Notes: generated by a model from the sequence alone, not told the origin. A stretch of 63,933 nt of DNA, filler included, from Thelocarpon superellum (GCA_026025795.1; 7 parts of 7 records of this genome joined end to end with filler, not necessarily neighbours in it); one strand, 5' to 3'. Counted from the whole stretch's first letter, positions 35,756 to 49,500 are shown. Program-made: numbers and translations.

Positions 35756-36891
35756 CGGTCCAACCCCGCCAGCGACGTCGGCGTAGGGACACGCCGGTCA
35801 CGATCGGGGCCGTGGTGGTGCGTGAGGAAGGGAGGAGGGACGGAGCCGGATGCTCGTCGACGAAGAACGCGACGTGGGCGATGTCGATGGATTCGCCACG
35901 CCAAGGGTGCTCCGCGCGACGGTGGAACCTCGGGTGACGGGGAGACGAGGGCGAGGTTGGCGATACGGCAACCTGATACGCCGGTGAAGGCGACTGGTCA
36001 GCACGCGTCGTCTGGCTAGGGCACGTCTGATTGGTCGTGGTCGCCACCAATCCCGTACCCGGTTGAGTTCGACCCTGGAGGAACTCGCGGGAGGCGAGGG
36101 TGGAGATGATCGTCGCGGTCGTCGTCGGGATGGACCGTCGTCGGATGCGGCGGGTCGGGAAGGGAACCGTGGTTGAGCAGGAACGGACGACAGATGGGAC
36201 GGCGTGTAAATGGTACAAGTAGGCCTTTGGACGTTAGTTATGGCGCATTGGAGGCCAGGCAAGGCAGCGATGCGTTGTCCGTCGGCGTCAGCGCTCCGCA
36301 GCTAGTTCGAAGGGCGGCGACGGCGGCGACGGAGGATGAGGCCGGCAGGCGATACCGGGGATCCACCCAGGCAGGTCGCGGACCTGGGACAGGGCGCGTC
36401 GTCCGTCAACGGGCGAGCGTGGAAAGATGATCCTTCTGGGCCCTGCGCACGTCCACGTCGACGGCGACGTCCAAGGAGGCGTGGCGGCGGTGCGGCGGTG
36501 CGGCGGTCGACGGGCGGAGGTGCCGTCGGCGGCTGTGCGCGGTAGAATGAGGCCGTGAGGCTCGCTGAGCCACGGGGCGGTCGGTGCTCGGGGCGAGGGC
36601 CGCGGGTAGGATGACGCAGAGGATGCAGAGAGGAGATCTAACAGCGGTGCTGCGATCAGCGGCGGACCTATGAGGGCGTTGGGCGTGGAGGAAATGCGAG
36701 GGCAAATCGCGGAGTGGTGGAAAAAGTGGGAAAGTGTGTTTTGGTGTGATTGGAGTTGATGCGTTGGCAATGCGGGAGCTCATGCAGGCCACAACATACC
36801 TTGTCGATCAGGCTTCTTCACCGCACTTCGAGCGAGCTATGCGTGCGTGGTGCTTGGTTTCGGTCGGTGGTATGCTTGACTAATCCGGCGC

Positions 36892-36991
36892 NNNNNNNNN
36901 NNNNNNNNNNNNNNNNNNNNNNNNNNNNNNNNNNNTTAATTAATTAANNNNNNNNNNNNNNNNNNNNNNNNNNNNNNNNNNNNNNNNNNNN
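36892..36991. other. Artificial contig linker
   Basis: N44-TTAATTAATTAA-N44. Confidence 0.99.
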
Positions 36992-37029
36992 CGACGGGCA
37001 GGCAATACGACGTGTCGGGCCAGGCCGCG

Positions 37030-38549
37030 TCATTGGGGATGTTCTTTGACGTGGAAACTCTTGAGCTTCACAAATTGATCGAAACCAAACCGACTCAGCG
37101 TGACACCCTTCCCCGACTTCTTCCACCCTGTCCATGCCAGGTCCTGATCAGGTGATATATGTCAGCGGCTACTTCTCGTCCTTGGCATGGGTCCAAACGG
37201 CACGTACTGGACTTGGAAAGTCACATCGATTGACGAATACAGTGCCGGCCTCCACCTGTGCCGCGAGCATCTCGCCGCGGACGATGTTTTTAGTCCAGAT
37301 GCTCGCCGTGAGACCAAATTCGCTGTCATTCATCCGGTCCACCGCCTCGGCGTCGGTTGCCACCTTCATCACCGGAATCACGGGGCCGAATGTCTCATCA
37401 GTCACGATCAGCATGTCATGCGTCACATCGATCAGTAACGTCGGGGCAACGAAATTGCCCTCGGGAGGCGGTGTCATGAAACTATCGTTGTGAGGGGTCA
37501 TATCTTGGGCCCCTTTCTTGAGGGCATCGTCGATGTGAGACTGAATCGTGGCGGCCGATCGCTTCGAAACGACCGGTCCAATTTGGGTTTGCGAGTTGAA
37601 CGGATCACCTAAGCGGTAGCCTTTCAACACCTCTTGCACCGCGCCAACAAAGGCGTCGTGAATAGTCTGATCAACGTAGACTCGCTCGATGCTGCAGCAA
37701 CTCTGGCCCGAATTAAAGATGGCGCCATCCACAATCTCCTCAGCGGCCCACTTGAGGTCGACATCTGCCCGGACGTAGGCGGGGTCCTTGCCGCCAAGCT
37801 CGAGACCAATTGGCACGAACCGATCTGCGGCGGCACGTTGTACGGACAAGCCGCCGGCCACGGAACCCGTGAAGCAGATGAGCTTGATCTCGGGTGATCG
37901 GACGACGGTTTCAAGAATGGAAGGGGAGCCACAGTGAAACAATTGAATTACGTGTTCTGGCAGGCCGGCAGCGAGGAAGATGTCATGGAAATGCTCTGCA
38001 ATCGTCGGCGTTTGAGGGGACGGCTTGAGGATGACGGTATTGCCGGCGAGGAGTGCCGGGATCAACGAGTTTACTAGGATGAGATAGGGATACTGTTCGG
38101 GACGTTAATGGGCCGTCCGACCACGAGCGACGGGACACACCCACATTCCAAGCAAAGATGATGAGCACCGGTCCTACGGGTACTCTCCGAATATGACGCT
38201 TGAAACCCTTCTCGGGCTCGCCATCAGTGTCCTTCAGCGCGTCGCCACTGATCTTCCAGAGATACCGCCCGCGGGCCACGGCCGTGGTGATCTCCTTGGC
38301 CGTGTAGGCAATCGGGCGTCCCATCTGCTCCGTAAGCTCCTTGCCGAGCACATCTTTTCTTTCCTCTAATAGCTCCAAGGCTTTTCCGACTATCCGTTGT
38401 CGCTCTGTCAAGGTTGTCGTTCGGAATTTGAGGAAAGCATTGCGCGCCGTGACCGGGAGGGTTTTGAGGTCGACATCGGAGAGCCCGTGGCGTGTGAGGA
38501 CTGGTTTGTTATTTATAGGGGAGATGGTTGTGATCACTTCCAGGGACAT
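37030..38549 (-). CDS. NAD(P)-dependent aldehyde dehydrogenase, 3 exons
   Basis: AWN-YP, LKPSPQTP, FTGS, LELGGKDP, NSGQSCC (catalytic Cys), ETFGPV and last exon WTGWKKSGKG. Confidence 0.95.
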
Positions 38550-38829
38550 ATTTGGAGAATCGGTGACGATGTCGGAGGGGAGGTCGATGCTCACGGTGGC
38601 GGGGTTGTGATCGATGGCTTAGCAGAGCTCGTACTTGCCATGCTCGTCCACTCACGGCCATCTCCTCGACGTAGGATGAGTGCCCAAAGTCAAACTGGGT
38701 GCACGATCCGCTAGTCATTTGTGCGAAGTAGTTCGTACAGTTAACCCTCGCCTGGCCCTATAGTTAGGCGCGAGTAGCTGCAGAACCATCGCGCCATCTT
38801 TACGACACATCCCGAATCCATCAATCAAG

Positions 38830-39756
38830 ATGGCGGATGTTGCAGGTGCAGAGAGCGGGAACGCTCCAAATCAAACGTATGCATGTCCCTTATAGCCCTG
38901 GAATCTTCCTGACTGCGTCTACAGAGTATATGTGCGGAGCCCCACAGCAAGTCCCCCACGCAAAGCTGACCCGCACGACAGGTACGCAACCTGGAAGAGA
39001 GCATCAAGGTCGAGCAGCTCAAGGAAGCCCTGACGGAAATCTTCTCGGAATATGGCAACATCATTGATCTAGTGGCCAAGAAGAACCTCAAAGCCAAGGG
39101 CCAAGCATTCGTCGTCTTCGACGATATCGCGGCGGCGGAGCGGGCCATCGATGAAGTCCAAGGCTTTGAGCTATTTGCGAAGCCCATGGTCCTTGACTAC
39201 GCCAAGACCCGGAGCGATGCCACGGTCAAGCAGACGGGCACAGAGGAGGAGCTCGACCTGCATAAGAGGCGCCGGCTGGCAGAGAAGGGTGGGTGCTCTT
39301 CCCGTTGTCATGGTGTGGCACAGCGACTGACGCGCGACGCGGCTAGAGCGACGGCAAGCGCAAGAGGCCCTCGAGAACCAGAAGATGCTAAAGCGCCCGG
39401 CCCCCGGTACGACGGCCGCGGGCGAGACCGTCAACGGCAGGCCAGCCAAGGCTTCGCGTGGGGCAGGCCTGAAGTCGTCCAATCCGTCGGCGGGGGCCGT
39501 GGTGGCGGACGAGTATCTGCCGCCCAACAAGATCATCTTTGTGCGAAATCTCCCCAATGGCTACGATGTCGACAGCCTGACCGCTATCTTCGGTCGATTC
39601 GAGGGTTTCAAGGAAGTGCGACTGGTTCCCGGTCGCAGTGGCATTGCCTTTGTGGAGTACGAGAACGAGGCAGGCGCCATCAGCGCCAAGGAGAACACGG
39701 CCGGCATGGCGCTGGGAGACGAACAAGTGATCAAGGTCACCTACCAACGGCAATAG
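38830..39756 (+). CDS. U1A/U2B''-family snRNP protein with two RRMs, 4 exons
   Basis: PNQT-VY-VRNLEE..IFSEYGNIIDLVAKKNLKAKGQAFVVF and LPPNKIIFVRNLP..RLVPGRSGIAFVEYE. 7-nt exon at 38925-38931. Confidence 0.93.
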
Positions 39757-39869
39757 CCCGTCCTCAGATCGTGTACACTAGATTTTGGCACGCTGGTCTT
39801 GAAGGAAACTACTCGTACATGGTCGTGACGGGCTACGGCTGTCTGCAATGGGTGCGGCACCGTAATCCG

Positions 39870-41131
39870 TTAGAAGATGACATCCTCGTCCTCCTTGTCC
39901 GCCAAGAGATCGGGTGGCGTATTGCTGTCGTGGTTTTCTTTTTCGCTCTGGCTTTTCTTTTTCGCCGCCATCTCCGCATCGTTCGCCGCGTTGTCTCGCT
40001 GCTTCTTGTTGGACACCTGCGGCGTGTCATCAGCTCAAGTCCGCCACTCATCCTACAGACATCGCCATCCCACCTTTTTCAGTCGATAAAACTCTTCTCT
40101 GTCCAGTTCATCAAGCTCGGAGTTGATGTCTGAGATCATTAGCTTTGCGAGTGCTTTCGGTCGGGGTGGCCTACATTTGATGGTATTTTCGGTGCGAGGG
40201 ATGATGATCTGCTTCAATGAGTGGAAGTGCGGACGTACGTAGAATAAGACGTACGTGTTCACTGTGGAGACATGGGTGATCAGTAGCTGGTCGGAGCTTG
40301 ATCTGCATCAAAAGACTTACATGGCATTGACTAGGCAAAACGAGAGTCAGTAGTGCAAGCTTTATAGCTGTGATCGTTTGACGTACCTCTCCGGTTCACA
40401 ATCTTGATGACCTCATCGAGGATGACAAAGGCCGTCTAGGATGAAGGTGGACATGAGGATCATCCGGGCTTCGCGGACAAGAGGGCTGACCTGTAAGCTC
40501 GCCAGCTCGACCAGAGTCTCCACAGCGCGGGCGTAGGTCTCGCGACATCGCTGCACTTGTTGGCCGCCTTTTCCGAGGCCAGTCAAGGCGAAGTCATTGC
40601 TGCCCTCGGTCGTGTAGCTCTCAAACTGTGGCAAGAAGACGCCCGACACGTTCTCCTGCTTGGTCCGTAATCTGAAGCGAGCGGACTTGGCTGATTCCTG
40701 TACTTGATACCCAATGTCTCCTCCAACGGCGTAGGTGACTTCGGCGAGGGAGAATGCGGCAATCTGCATGACTCGCCCCATCTTTCGTTTGGCTTCGTCG
40801 ATGCGCCGAGTGATTTCTAAGGGCGAGCATCAGACAGGTGTGCGAAGACCCAGGACGTAGGGCTCCTTACCTCGAAAACGTCTGGTTGGGGCGGATTGGC
40901 GTCAGCGAGCCATGGCGAGCCAGGCGACTGCCAGCGCTTACTTTGTCAGAGCCTCGCTCTTTCTCTTCAACAAGCTGTGACCCGTCTCGGCACCCTTCAG
41001 CTTTCCTTTCATGGCACCCAATGACTGGCGGGTGGGAAACACGGCCTCGCGATCCTAAGACGGCCCGACGTTAGGTCAGCCCTGCGAGACTCGTCGGGAA
41101 GAAGCGTGCGACTGACCCCCGACCCGGACAT
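39870..41131 (-). CDS. VMA8: V-ATPase V1 subunit D, 10 exons
   Basis: DREAVFPTR..GHSLLKRKSEALTKRFR, ENVSGVFLP, LVELASLQTAFVILDEVIKIVNRRVNAIEHIIIPR, SELDELDREEFYRLKKV, ending DVIF*. Confidence 0.96.
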
Positions 41132-41655
41132 CTTGGCTGTGATGCACCGTGATGCAGCACCGAGAGCTGGAGGACGAAAGCGAGATTACACAGCACCCTC
41201 TGGTACATAAGCGGGAGGAAGCGCCTGGCTGTTGGCGACACCTCTTCTTGGGGAGCTCCCGTGTGAGGGTAGCAGTACCATTAGCCACTGCCCGTATCGT
41301 GATATGTGAGTTGCTCCCTGTCGCCTTCCGTAGTAGTGTCCTCTAAACCGTTCATGTCACTAGCGCAGCTTTTCGCTGCGTTCAGATTCAGGCGCATCAC
41401 GTCTTAGTCACTTCGTCGCTCGGTCTGCTCCTAGCTATTGGTCAGTGGAGACAACGCGCCGGAGAGATTGTCAACCTTCTCCACACCATCGCCCTCGATG
41501 CCGAATCACTCTACCTGGTGGATGGCTCAAGGCGAGACGGGGCCGAGTCGCAGTGGGCGGTCCCTTTGAGAGTTTGCTCTTCCGCGCTCACTTTCCGGGC
41601 TCCGGTCGTGCCTCCCTCCACCGATCAGAGTTCCACCCATCATCGGCACCACACC

Positions 41656-44328
41656 ATGCCCGGCGAATTGTTGCCCACCATGACAGTCCGAGAGGAGCAT
41701 CCCACAAAGGCCAGGCGCAGCCGGCCTGGCTTGGATCTGTATCTCATCGTACGTCAACAACCCTCGCGGTGCTGTCATCTTCATCGCACTGACGGCTCTC
41801 AGTCGGAGGACGATACTGTCTACGAACAAGACATCCTGCGCGATCCCACCAGCGTAAAGCCTTGGCTGGCCTACGTTGAAGTCAAGACGCGCCACAGCAC
41901 TCTCTTGGAACAAGCATATGTCCTGGAAAGAGCATGCACGGCCTTGCCTCGCTCGTATAAGCTGTGGAAGCTGGTGGGTCCCGCTCCCGCACTCTCGACG
42001 CCTTCCCTCTGGCTCCGTCCCGGCTAACATGGGTGGATCAAGTATCTGGATCTCCGCGTCAAGCATCTGAAACGGATGAATCCGGCTGTCCACCGCCGTG
42101 AATTCGCCAAGGTCAACGCCCTTTTCGAGCGTGCCCTCATTCTTTTGAACAAGATGCCCGTCATCTGGGAATCGTATCTGTCTTTTATGTTGCTACAGCC
42201 CTCGTACACCCACCTCCGCCTTATCTTCGACCGTGCCCTCCAAGCTCTCCCCATCACCCAACACAACCGCATCTGGGCCCTGTTTCGGCCCTTTGCCCGC
42301 GCCGCCGGCGGTCCCACGGCGGTCAAGATCATCCAACGCTACATGCAGGTCCATCCCGAAGATGCCGAGGACTTCATCGACCTGCTCCTAGAGAATCAGC
42401 AGTGGACCGACGCCGTGCTGCAGTACCTGAAGATCCTTAACGATGCTCGATTCCGGAGCAAGCAAGGCAAGAGCCACTTTCAGCTGTGGACCGAGATGGT
42501 CGACCTGCTGGTCAATCACGCCAAGCTCATCGACACCGGTCCTGACGGCATCGGCCTGGACGTGGACAGTATCGTCCGTAGCGGCATCGATCGGTTCGCG
42601 GACCAACGTGGCAAGCTCTGGACCGGCCTGGCCACGTACTGGATCACGCGCGGCAACTTTGACCAGGCCCGCGACGTCTTTGAAGAGGGCATCACCACTG
42701 CCATGACGGTCCGTGACTTTACGCTGGTGTATGATTCATACGTCGAGTTTGAGGAGTCCATCGTCTCCACCTTGATGAATGCCGCTGCGGCCCGGGCCAA
42801 GGCGGACGTGGTGGATAGCGATGCCGACGACGACCTGGACCTGCGAATGCTCCGCTTCGAGCAGCTCATGGACCGTCGCCCGTTTCTTGTCAACGACGTC
42901 ATGCTCCGCCAGAACCCGAACAACGTGATCGAATGGCAGAAGCGCGTGGGCCTGTGGGAGCAGAATGCCGAGCAAGTGGTGCAGACGTATACCGACGCCA
43001 TCGCGGCCATCGACCCCAAGAAGGCTGTGGGCAAGTTTGAGGAGCTGTGGATAAATTATGCCAAGTTCTACGAGAAGGGTGGAGATTGGCGCACTGCCGA
43101 GATCATCATGGAAAAGGCCATCAAGGTGCCTTTCAAGACCGTCGCTGAGCTCGCCGAGGTCTGGTGTGAGTACGCGGAGATGCAGCTGCGTCGACAGGAT
43201 TTCCAGCGGGCCATGAAGATCATGGACACGGCCATCCGGGGGCCTAAGCGCTCGACGGTGGACTACTTCGACGACTCGCTGACGCCGCAGCAACGCCTGC
43301 ACAAGAGCTGGAAGGTGTGGAGCTTCTACGTTGATCTGGTGGAGAGCGTCGGCACGGTGGAGGACACCAAGACCGTGTACGAGCGGATCCTGGAGCTGCG
43401 CATCGCCACGCCGCAGACCATCGTGAACTACGGCAAGTACCTCGAGGAGCATGAGTACTTTGAGGAGTCCTTCCGGGTAGGTTGGCGTGATCATCATGGG
43501 TGGGCCCAGGCTAACGTGGTGCAGGTGTATGAACGGGGCATCGATCTATTCACCTACCCCGTCGCCTTTGAGCTCTGGAACATCTACCTCACCAAGGCGA
43601 TGGACCGGGGGGTCCACATGGACCGGCTCCGGGACCTTTTCGAGTCGGCCGTGGACGGGTGCCCGCCCAAGTTCGCCAAGCCCCTGTACATCATGTACGG
43701 GGACCTCGAGGAGAAGCGGGGTCTCACCCGGACGGCGATGCGCATCTACGAACGGGCGCTCTTCGCGGTGGCGGAAGAAGACCGCAAGGATATGTACGAG
43801 TACTATATCCTTCACCTGGCCGTGAACATCGGGCTTGCCGCCTCACGCCCGGTGTACGAGATGGCCATCACGACGCTGGACGACGCCGAGGCGCGCGACA
43901 TGTGCCTCAAGTTTGCCGACATGGAGACGCGTCTGGGCGAGATCGACCGCGCGCGCAGCGTGTACGGCTACGGGTCGCAGATGAGCGACCCACGGACGGC
44001 GACGGAGTTCTGGGACCGTTGGGAGGCTTTTGAGGTCAAGCACGGGAACGAGGACACGTTCAAGGAGATGCTGCGCGTCAAGCGGAGCGTCCGTGCGCAA
44101 TATAAGTACGTCCTTTGCTCCCTCGCCTGTCCTTGCCTACCTATGCTAATCTCGTGCAGCACGGATATTGGGCTCCTGGTGTCTCGGGTTGTCGCGGGAG
44201 GCTCGACCTCGTCGGCCCAGGGCGTACAGGCAGTTCCCGAGAGCACCACGGCCGACACGACCTCGGCTCCCCCAGCTCTGCTGACGTCCAACCCTGACGT
44301 CATTGACATCGGGGAGATGGAGGAGTAG
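41656..44328 (+). CDS. SYF1: Pre-mRNA splicing factor Syf1/Cwf3/XAB2 (HAT repeats), 5 exons
   Basis: YEQDILRDP, ERACTALPRSYKLW, FEQLMDRRPFLVNDVMLRQNPNNV, FEVKHGNEDTFKEMLRVKRSV. Confidence 0.96.
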
Positions 44329-44588
44329 AGCAGGGACGGGGCCGATGGCCTCGGCGATGGTAGCGGGGGAATGGGAGGAGTACGAGGGGTTCATTCTGTA
44401 CTATGATCACCCTCGTTTGCGTCGTCATCAGCATCGGCGTCATTATCCTTAGTGTAGCATTATCGCCTTTCTTACCTGCATCGTCACCAGCAGAGTGGTG
44501 GCAAGAGGGCCCCATGAGAGTACGAGCGACACGGGCATCGGAGGCCTCACGGTCTGCCGAATGTTTGGCCCATCGTCCAATGGCATGA

Positions 44589-44708
44589 CCAAGTGATATT
44601 TCAAGACGTTTGTCGACGTGCGCGCGAGACGCCTCTCCCCGACCGCCAAGCCAAGTGATATTTCAAGACGTTTGTCGACGTGCGCGCGAGACGCCTCTCC
44701 CCGACCGC
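44589..44708 (+). repeat. Perfect 58-bp direct duplication (period 62)
   Basis: CCAAGTGATATTTCAAGACG..CCCCGACCGC at 44589-44646 and 44651-44708. Confidence 0.92.
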
Positions 44709-45656
44709 GTTGAGATATGCCTTCTTTCCTGGTTTCAGATCGCAGGAGATGAAGATGAAACTCCTGCACGACCACTAGACCATCGAAATGGGCAGCCTTG
44801 GCGCAATGCATCCGCAATGCATCCGCCCACGAACGCATCAATCTTCACAGAAATGCAGCGGGCAATGCTCTACCTCCACAAGTCGGCCCGCTCTAGACGG
44901 TGCTTTGCTCATGCCATGTTGTGATTTACCATGCGCCTGAGCAGCGAAAGCCGAACTACATTTAGGCCTAACACCTTTGTGGTCGCCGGTTCACGCTGTC
45001 GCATCATGCGCGAGACCCTTTTATGGACTTAGCCGTAGCCCTCCGAATACGCAAACGAGCGCGAGGTTCATCAGTGGAGGATGGATGAAACGGCAGCCCG
45101 GGCAGGTATTTGGAGCTGCACGTCATCTCCACCGTTGCTTCTTCCTCACCCGAACGCCCTGTCTCCGGCAATTTAGCCAGCAGTCCGCGCGCCCTTTCCG
45201 TCCTTCCAGCATGCATCCGAACAGCGTCATCCGCGGGCTCGCAAGCCTGCTGCTCGGCACAGCTGCGGTAGGCGCGTCGCCGACGCGCATCGAGACGAGG
45301 GACACGTCGATCAGCTACTCGGAAGTGGGCATCAAGTGATATTCCGCCGACTTTGCCCTATTTAAATACGTATTCAACTCCGCGAGGTTTGCCGCCGGGA
45401 TCGAGTGCGCCAACGCTAGACCGGCAGGAGGCTGGCGCGCTGATGGCTAGGGCGCTGTCACGCTGCAGCCACGTCAATTTTACATTTCCAAGTGATGGAA
45501 CGCTCATCGCCGCGTCGACGCTTCCTGCCTACGTCGTATGCAACAGCACTCTGGACAGTCCTGGCACCAGCCTTTCCATCTCATCGGATATAGACCAATG
45601 ATTTGGCCCCTGTTGGTGTCCATGGCATGGCCAAGGGACAGCAGTGACAGCAGGGG

Positions 45657-45777
45657 TGTCACGTGGGCACCTGACTGTATAGTCAGGTGACCATGGATTC
45701 GCCTGGGTATATTCCACCGTTGGCTACCCAGCTCGATAGAACAATCAACTCACAAGCATCCTGCCGAAGGCATAACA
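45657..45777 (-). mobile_element. Short solo-LTR-like element (family copy 2)
   Basis: Reverse strand reads TGTTATGCCTTCGGCAGGATGC..TCACCTGACTATACAGTCAGGTGCCCACGTGACA. Flanks AGGGG/AAGGA are a possible degenerate target-site duplication. Confidence 0.8.
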
Positions 45778-46032
45778 AAGGACGGCGGGGCTAGAGGGGG
45801 AGATGAGGACTCACTGGACGGACGCGAGGGCGCCACGTCACTCCGACTCCTTGTCAAGGCTCCAGGGGTTCAGGATCGGCGGAGAGGGAATGCAATGCAC
45901 TTCTTGTTTGCGACTGCTCGGGGGAGGGAACGGCGATCTGGTAGCCAAGTGACAGGCGTCTTGCTCCTTCTCTACAGCATGTGGTGGCACTTGTGTAGCA
46001 CAGAAAACCAGGCGTATGAGACAGGTTCCATC

Positions 46033-46132
46033 NNNNNNNNNNNNNNNNNNNNNNNNNNNNNNNNNNNNNNNNNNNNTTAATTAATTAANNNNNNNNNNNN
46101 NNNNNNNNNNNNNNNNNNNNNNNNNNNNNNNN
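46033..46132. other. Artificial contig linker
   Basis: N44-TTAATTAATTAA-N44. Confidence 0.99.
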
Positions 46133-46586
46133 CATGATGGAGCAGTCGGTTTCGAGACAAGTCGTCCGTTTCCATGTGCGAGTAATTCCCACGAAGCCAG
46201 AGCGATGTAGTTCGCTCGGCGAGCGTGTGCACTTCTCCTGGTGACCGAGCGTTGTATCGTAGAGCTGGACGCGGATCAGAGAGAGATTGGCCTGCTCGCT
46301 GCCGATCACATCCCTCCGCCCCATTGACCTCCTGGCGGGAGTTTCGCCCTGGACTTGGCTCCGGTATCATTGCCCATGAGCGTAACGACGACCTCCGTAC
46401 CATTGTAGCATACGTCTCCGGCGTGCCGACCGCTTTCATCATTCTCGGTGCGTCCGCCCGTCTCGCCGTCCCGCCGTGTCGCCGTCTCGGATCGCACGAG
46501 TCCTCGGAGGCGGGGCTAACGGAGGCACTCGGTCTCGCAAAGGGCATCGTGGAAGGTCGGACGAGCCCCAGAGTGGCAGTCTCGCG

Positions 46587-49500
46587 ATGTTCAATCTATC
46601 CTCTCTGGTTCAGAGAGCTCAATCGCTCATCGACGCCGCTCAGGCGCCCGGTGCTGCCAACGGCGACGGGAACCCGTCCAAGGCGACCCTCTTCCGCCAT
46701 CAATTTCGCCTCCCCGACTCGCAGAACCCGCTGCAAGAGATCAATGCCGAGCTTACCCTATCCGCCGCTCCCTCCTCCGCCGCTACACGCACGTCCCTCG
46801 GCGAAAAGGAGCGCGACCGGGACCGTGGACAGCCCTACACGGGCAAGCTACACCTGAGCGAGGGCTTTCTCTGCTTCTCCACGCAGACCACCAGCTTCGC
46901 CAGGTCCGCCAGCTTCAGCACCTCCGCCAGCTACACGGGCCAGACGCACGGCGCCGGCCCCGGTGGCAATGGCTTCACCTTACCTCTATGTGCCATCAAG
47001 CGGGTCGAACGGCTCCACAGCCAGAGTTACATGTTTGCCCTGGCCATCACACCATGGAACGGCCTCGGGGCCGGGCCGGGCGCGAAGCCGAGCGCTGAGG
47101 GACTTTCGGGCGCTGCCGGCCAGCCACGATTGACCATCCAACTGATCGGCAGCCGACCGGCGTGTGAGCGATTCTGCGACGGCTTGAAGAAAGGTTTGCG
47201 GGAGGGCGTGCGAGAAGTGGAGAAGATGAAGGAGGTGGTGGCACAGTGTTACTCCGAGTATCTGCTCAGCGGCGATCCCAAAAAGGCAAAGGACGCTGGC
47301 AAGGACGGCACAAAAGCCCGGGAGCCTCCCGACGCCGGCCTGGGCATGGTGTTTCGATATCCGGGCGATGCCCGCAAGCTCCGCGACCGAAGTAAGATGA
47401 GGCTCTGGAGCGAGTATCTACGAGGTGGGTGCTGTCCATGAGTGTGGCGTTTCCATGGATAATGGGCTGACTCCATTGACAGAGAATGGGCGCAATGTTG
47501 CACTCGTACGCCAACCCACCTTCCACAAGCTCATCCGTGTCGGCCTGCCAAATCGATTACGTGGCGAGATCTGGGAGCTCACGTCTGGCTCTCTATTCCT
47601 CCGCCTGCAGTCTCCAAAGCTCTTCTCGGACACGCTGTCCAAGTTCTCCGGTCAGGATTCGCTCGCCATCGATGAGATTGAAAAAGATCTCAACCGAAGT
47701 CTCCCCGAATATCCCGGCTTTCAGAGTGAAGAAGGCATCGGACGGCTTCGGAGGGTCTTGACCGCATACAGCTGGACCAATGCGCAGGTTGGATACTGCC
47801 AGGCAATGAATATTGTCGTCGCCGCCTTGCTCATGTACGTGTCTCGCCTCTGCTTCCGTGCACTCTTTACCTGTCCCAAGGTGGCGCTGATGACCGCGGG
47901 ATAGCTACATGTCGGAATCGCAAGCATTCTTCCTTCTCTCTGTACTCTGCGACCGTCTTCTCCCTGGCTACTATTCGACAACGATGTACGGTACGCTCCT
48001 GGACCAACGGGTGTTTGAATCACTCGTGGAGAAGACGATGCCTATTTTGTGGGACCACCTGGTCAAATCCGACGTGCAACTCTCGGTCGTCTCGTTGCCC
48101 TGGTTCCTCTCGCTGTACATCAACTCGATGCCCTTGGTCTTCGCCTTCCGCGTGTTGGACGTCTTCTTCCTTGAAGGCGCCAAGGTGTTGTTTCAGGTGG
48201 GCCTGGCCATCCTGCGGATCAACGGCGAAGAGTTGCTGGACGCGGCCGATGATGGTGCCTTTATCTCGGTGCTGAAGTCGTACTTCTCGCGGCTCGACGA
48301 ATCAGCGCATCCCAAGTCGGAAAACGAGAAGCTCCGGGCAGTGACGCGCTTCCAGGAGCTCATGGTAGTGGCCTTTAAGGAATTCGCGGGCATCACGCAA
48401 AGCACCATTGCAGAGCAACGCGCGAAGCACAAGGATACCGTGCTGGTCAACATTGAGAGCTTTGCCAAGCGGACTTCCATCCGGAATCTGGGCCCGGACA
48501 GCAAGCGCTTGAGCGTGGAGGACTTGGGTGCCTTATACGATCGTTTCTACGGTGTGCTGTACGATCGACAACAACGACTGCAGGTGATGCGCGAAGGCGC
48601 CGATCGGCAGGCGAAAGCGGCAGCGGCGCCGACGCGGGGCGGGCGACTCACATCGGATATGGCGCCGGAGAATCGGGTGGAGAAGGGCCGGGTCGGGCTC
48701 GGCCCCAGTACGACGCTGCTGGATTACGATGGCTTCCGAGAATTCCTTGCGGGTATCGCCCGCTGGGCCATCACGGACTCGCCCAGCTCGCCCTACAAGG
48801 AGCTTTCGCCTGAGCCGCACTCTTACTTTGGTCACGCGACACGACCGCCGCCGTCGGTGTCGCCATGGGGCGCCGGGAATCCTGAGCCGGCGGACCACGA
48901 ATTCATGCGGCGGCTCTATCGGCGATGGCGGCAGCCCGAGGAGGAGGAAGGCTTGAGTCTGCAACACGTGGTGACGGGGCTGGCGCAGGTCAAGGGCACG
49001 ACGGACATTATGAGCAGCATCAGCTACTTCTTTGAGCTGCACGACGACGACGGCGATGGCAAGGTCGACCGGGAGGGGATCCTTCGTATCTCCGAAGCCC
49101 TCTTGTTCCTCTCCCGGCGCGGGCTCGACCCGTCCCTGACGCCGTCGACGTCGCTGAGCGGCCTGAGCGAGATGGAGACCGAGGCCAACGGGCTCGGGGA
49201 GCCCGGTCGGAAGGGAAACATGGACGAGAAGTTCCTCGGCAGCGTCAGCGCCTTCATCCGTCGGTGCTTTGAATACGCCGACCCGGACCATCCGCAGAAC
49301 CGCGATGGGCGCAGTCCCCGCCGGGAAGGCGGGGTGGCGAGTGCGCAGCTGGAGCATTTTAGCATCGGCGGGGACGAGGATGAAGATGACCTGCTGGATC
49401 TCGGGACGGATGCGGCTGGTGCCGCTGGCACCGTGTCGCCGGACTCGTCCACGTCAGCGGCGAAGAAGTCAGCGCGCCTCCCCTCTGCCGCCACGCCGGT

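Noticed and set aside
44589..44708. Direct repeats as a possible CRISPR array
   Set aside because: Only two 58-bp copies with a 4-nt gap, in a eukaryotic context. A simple local duplication.
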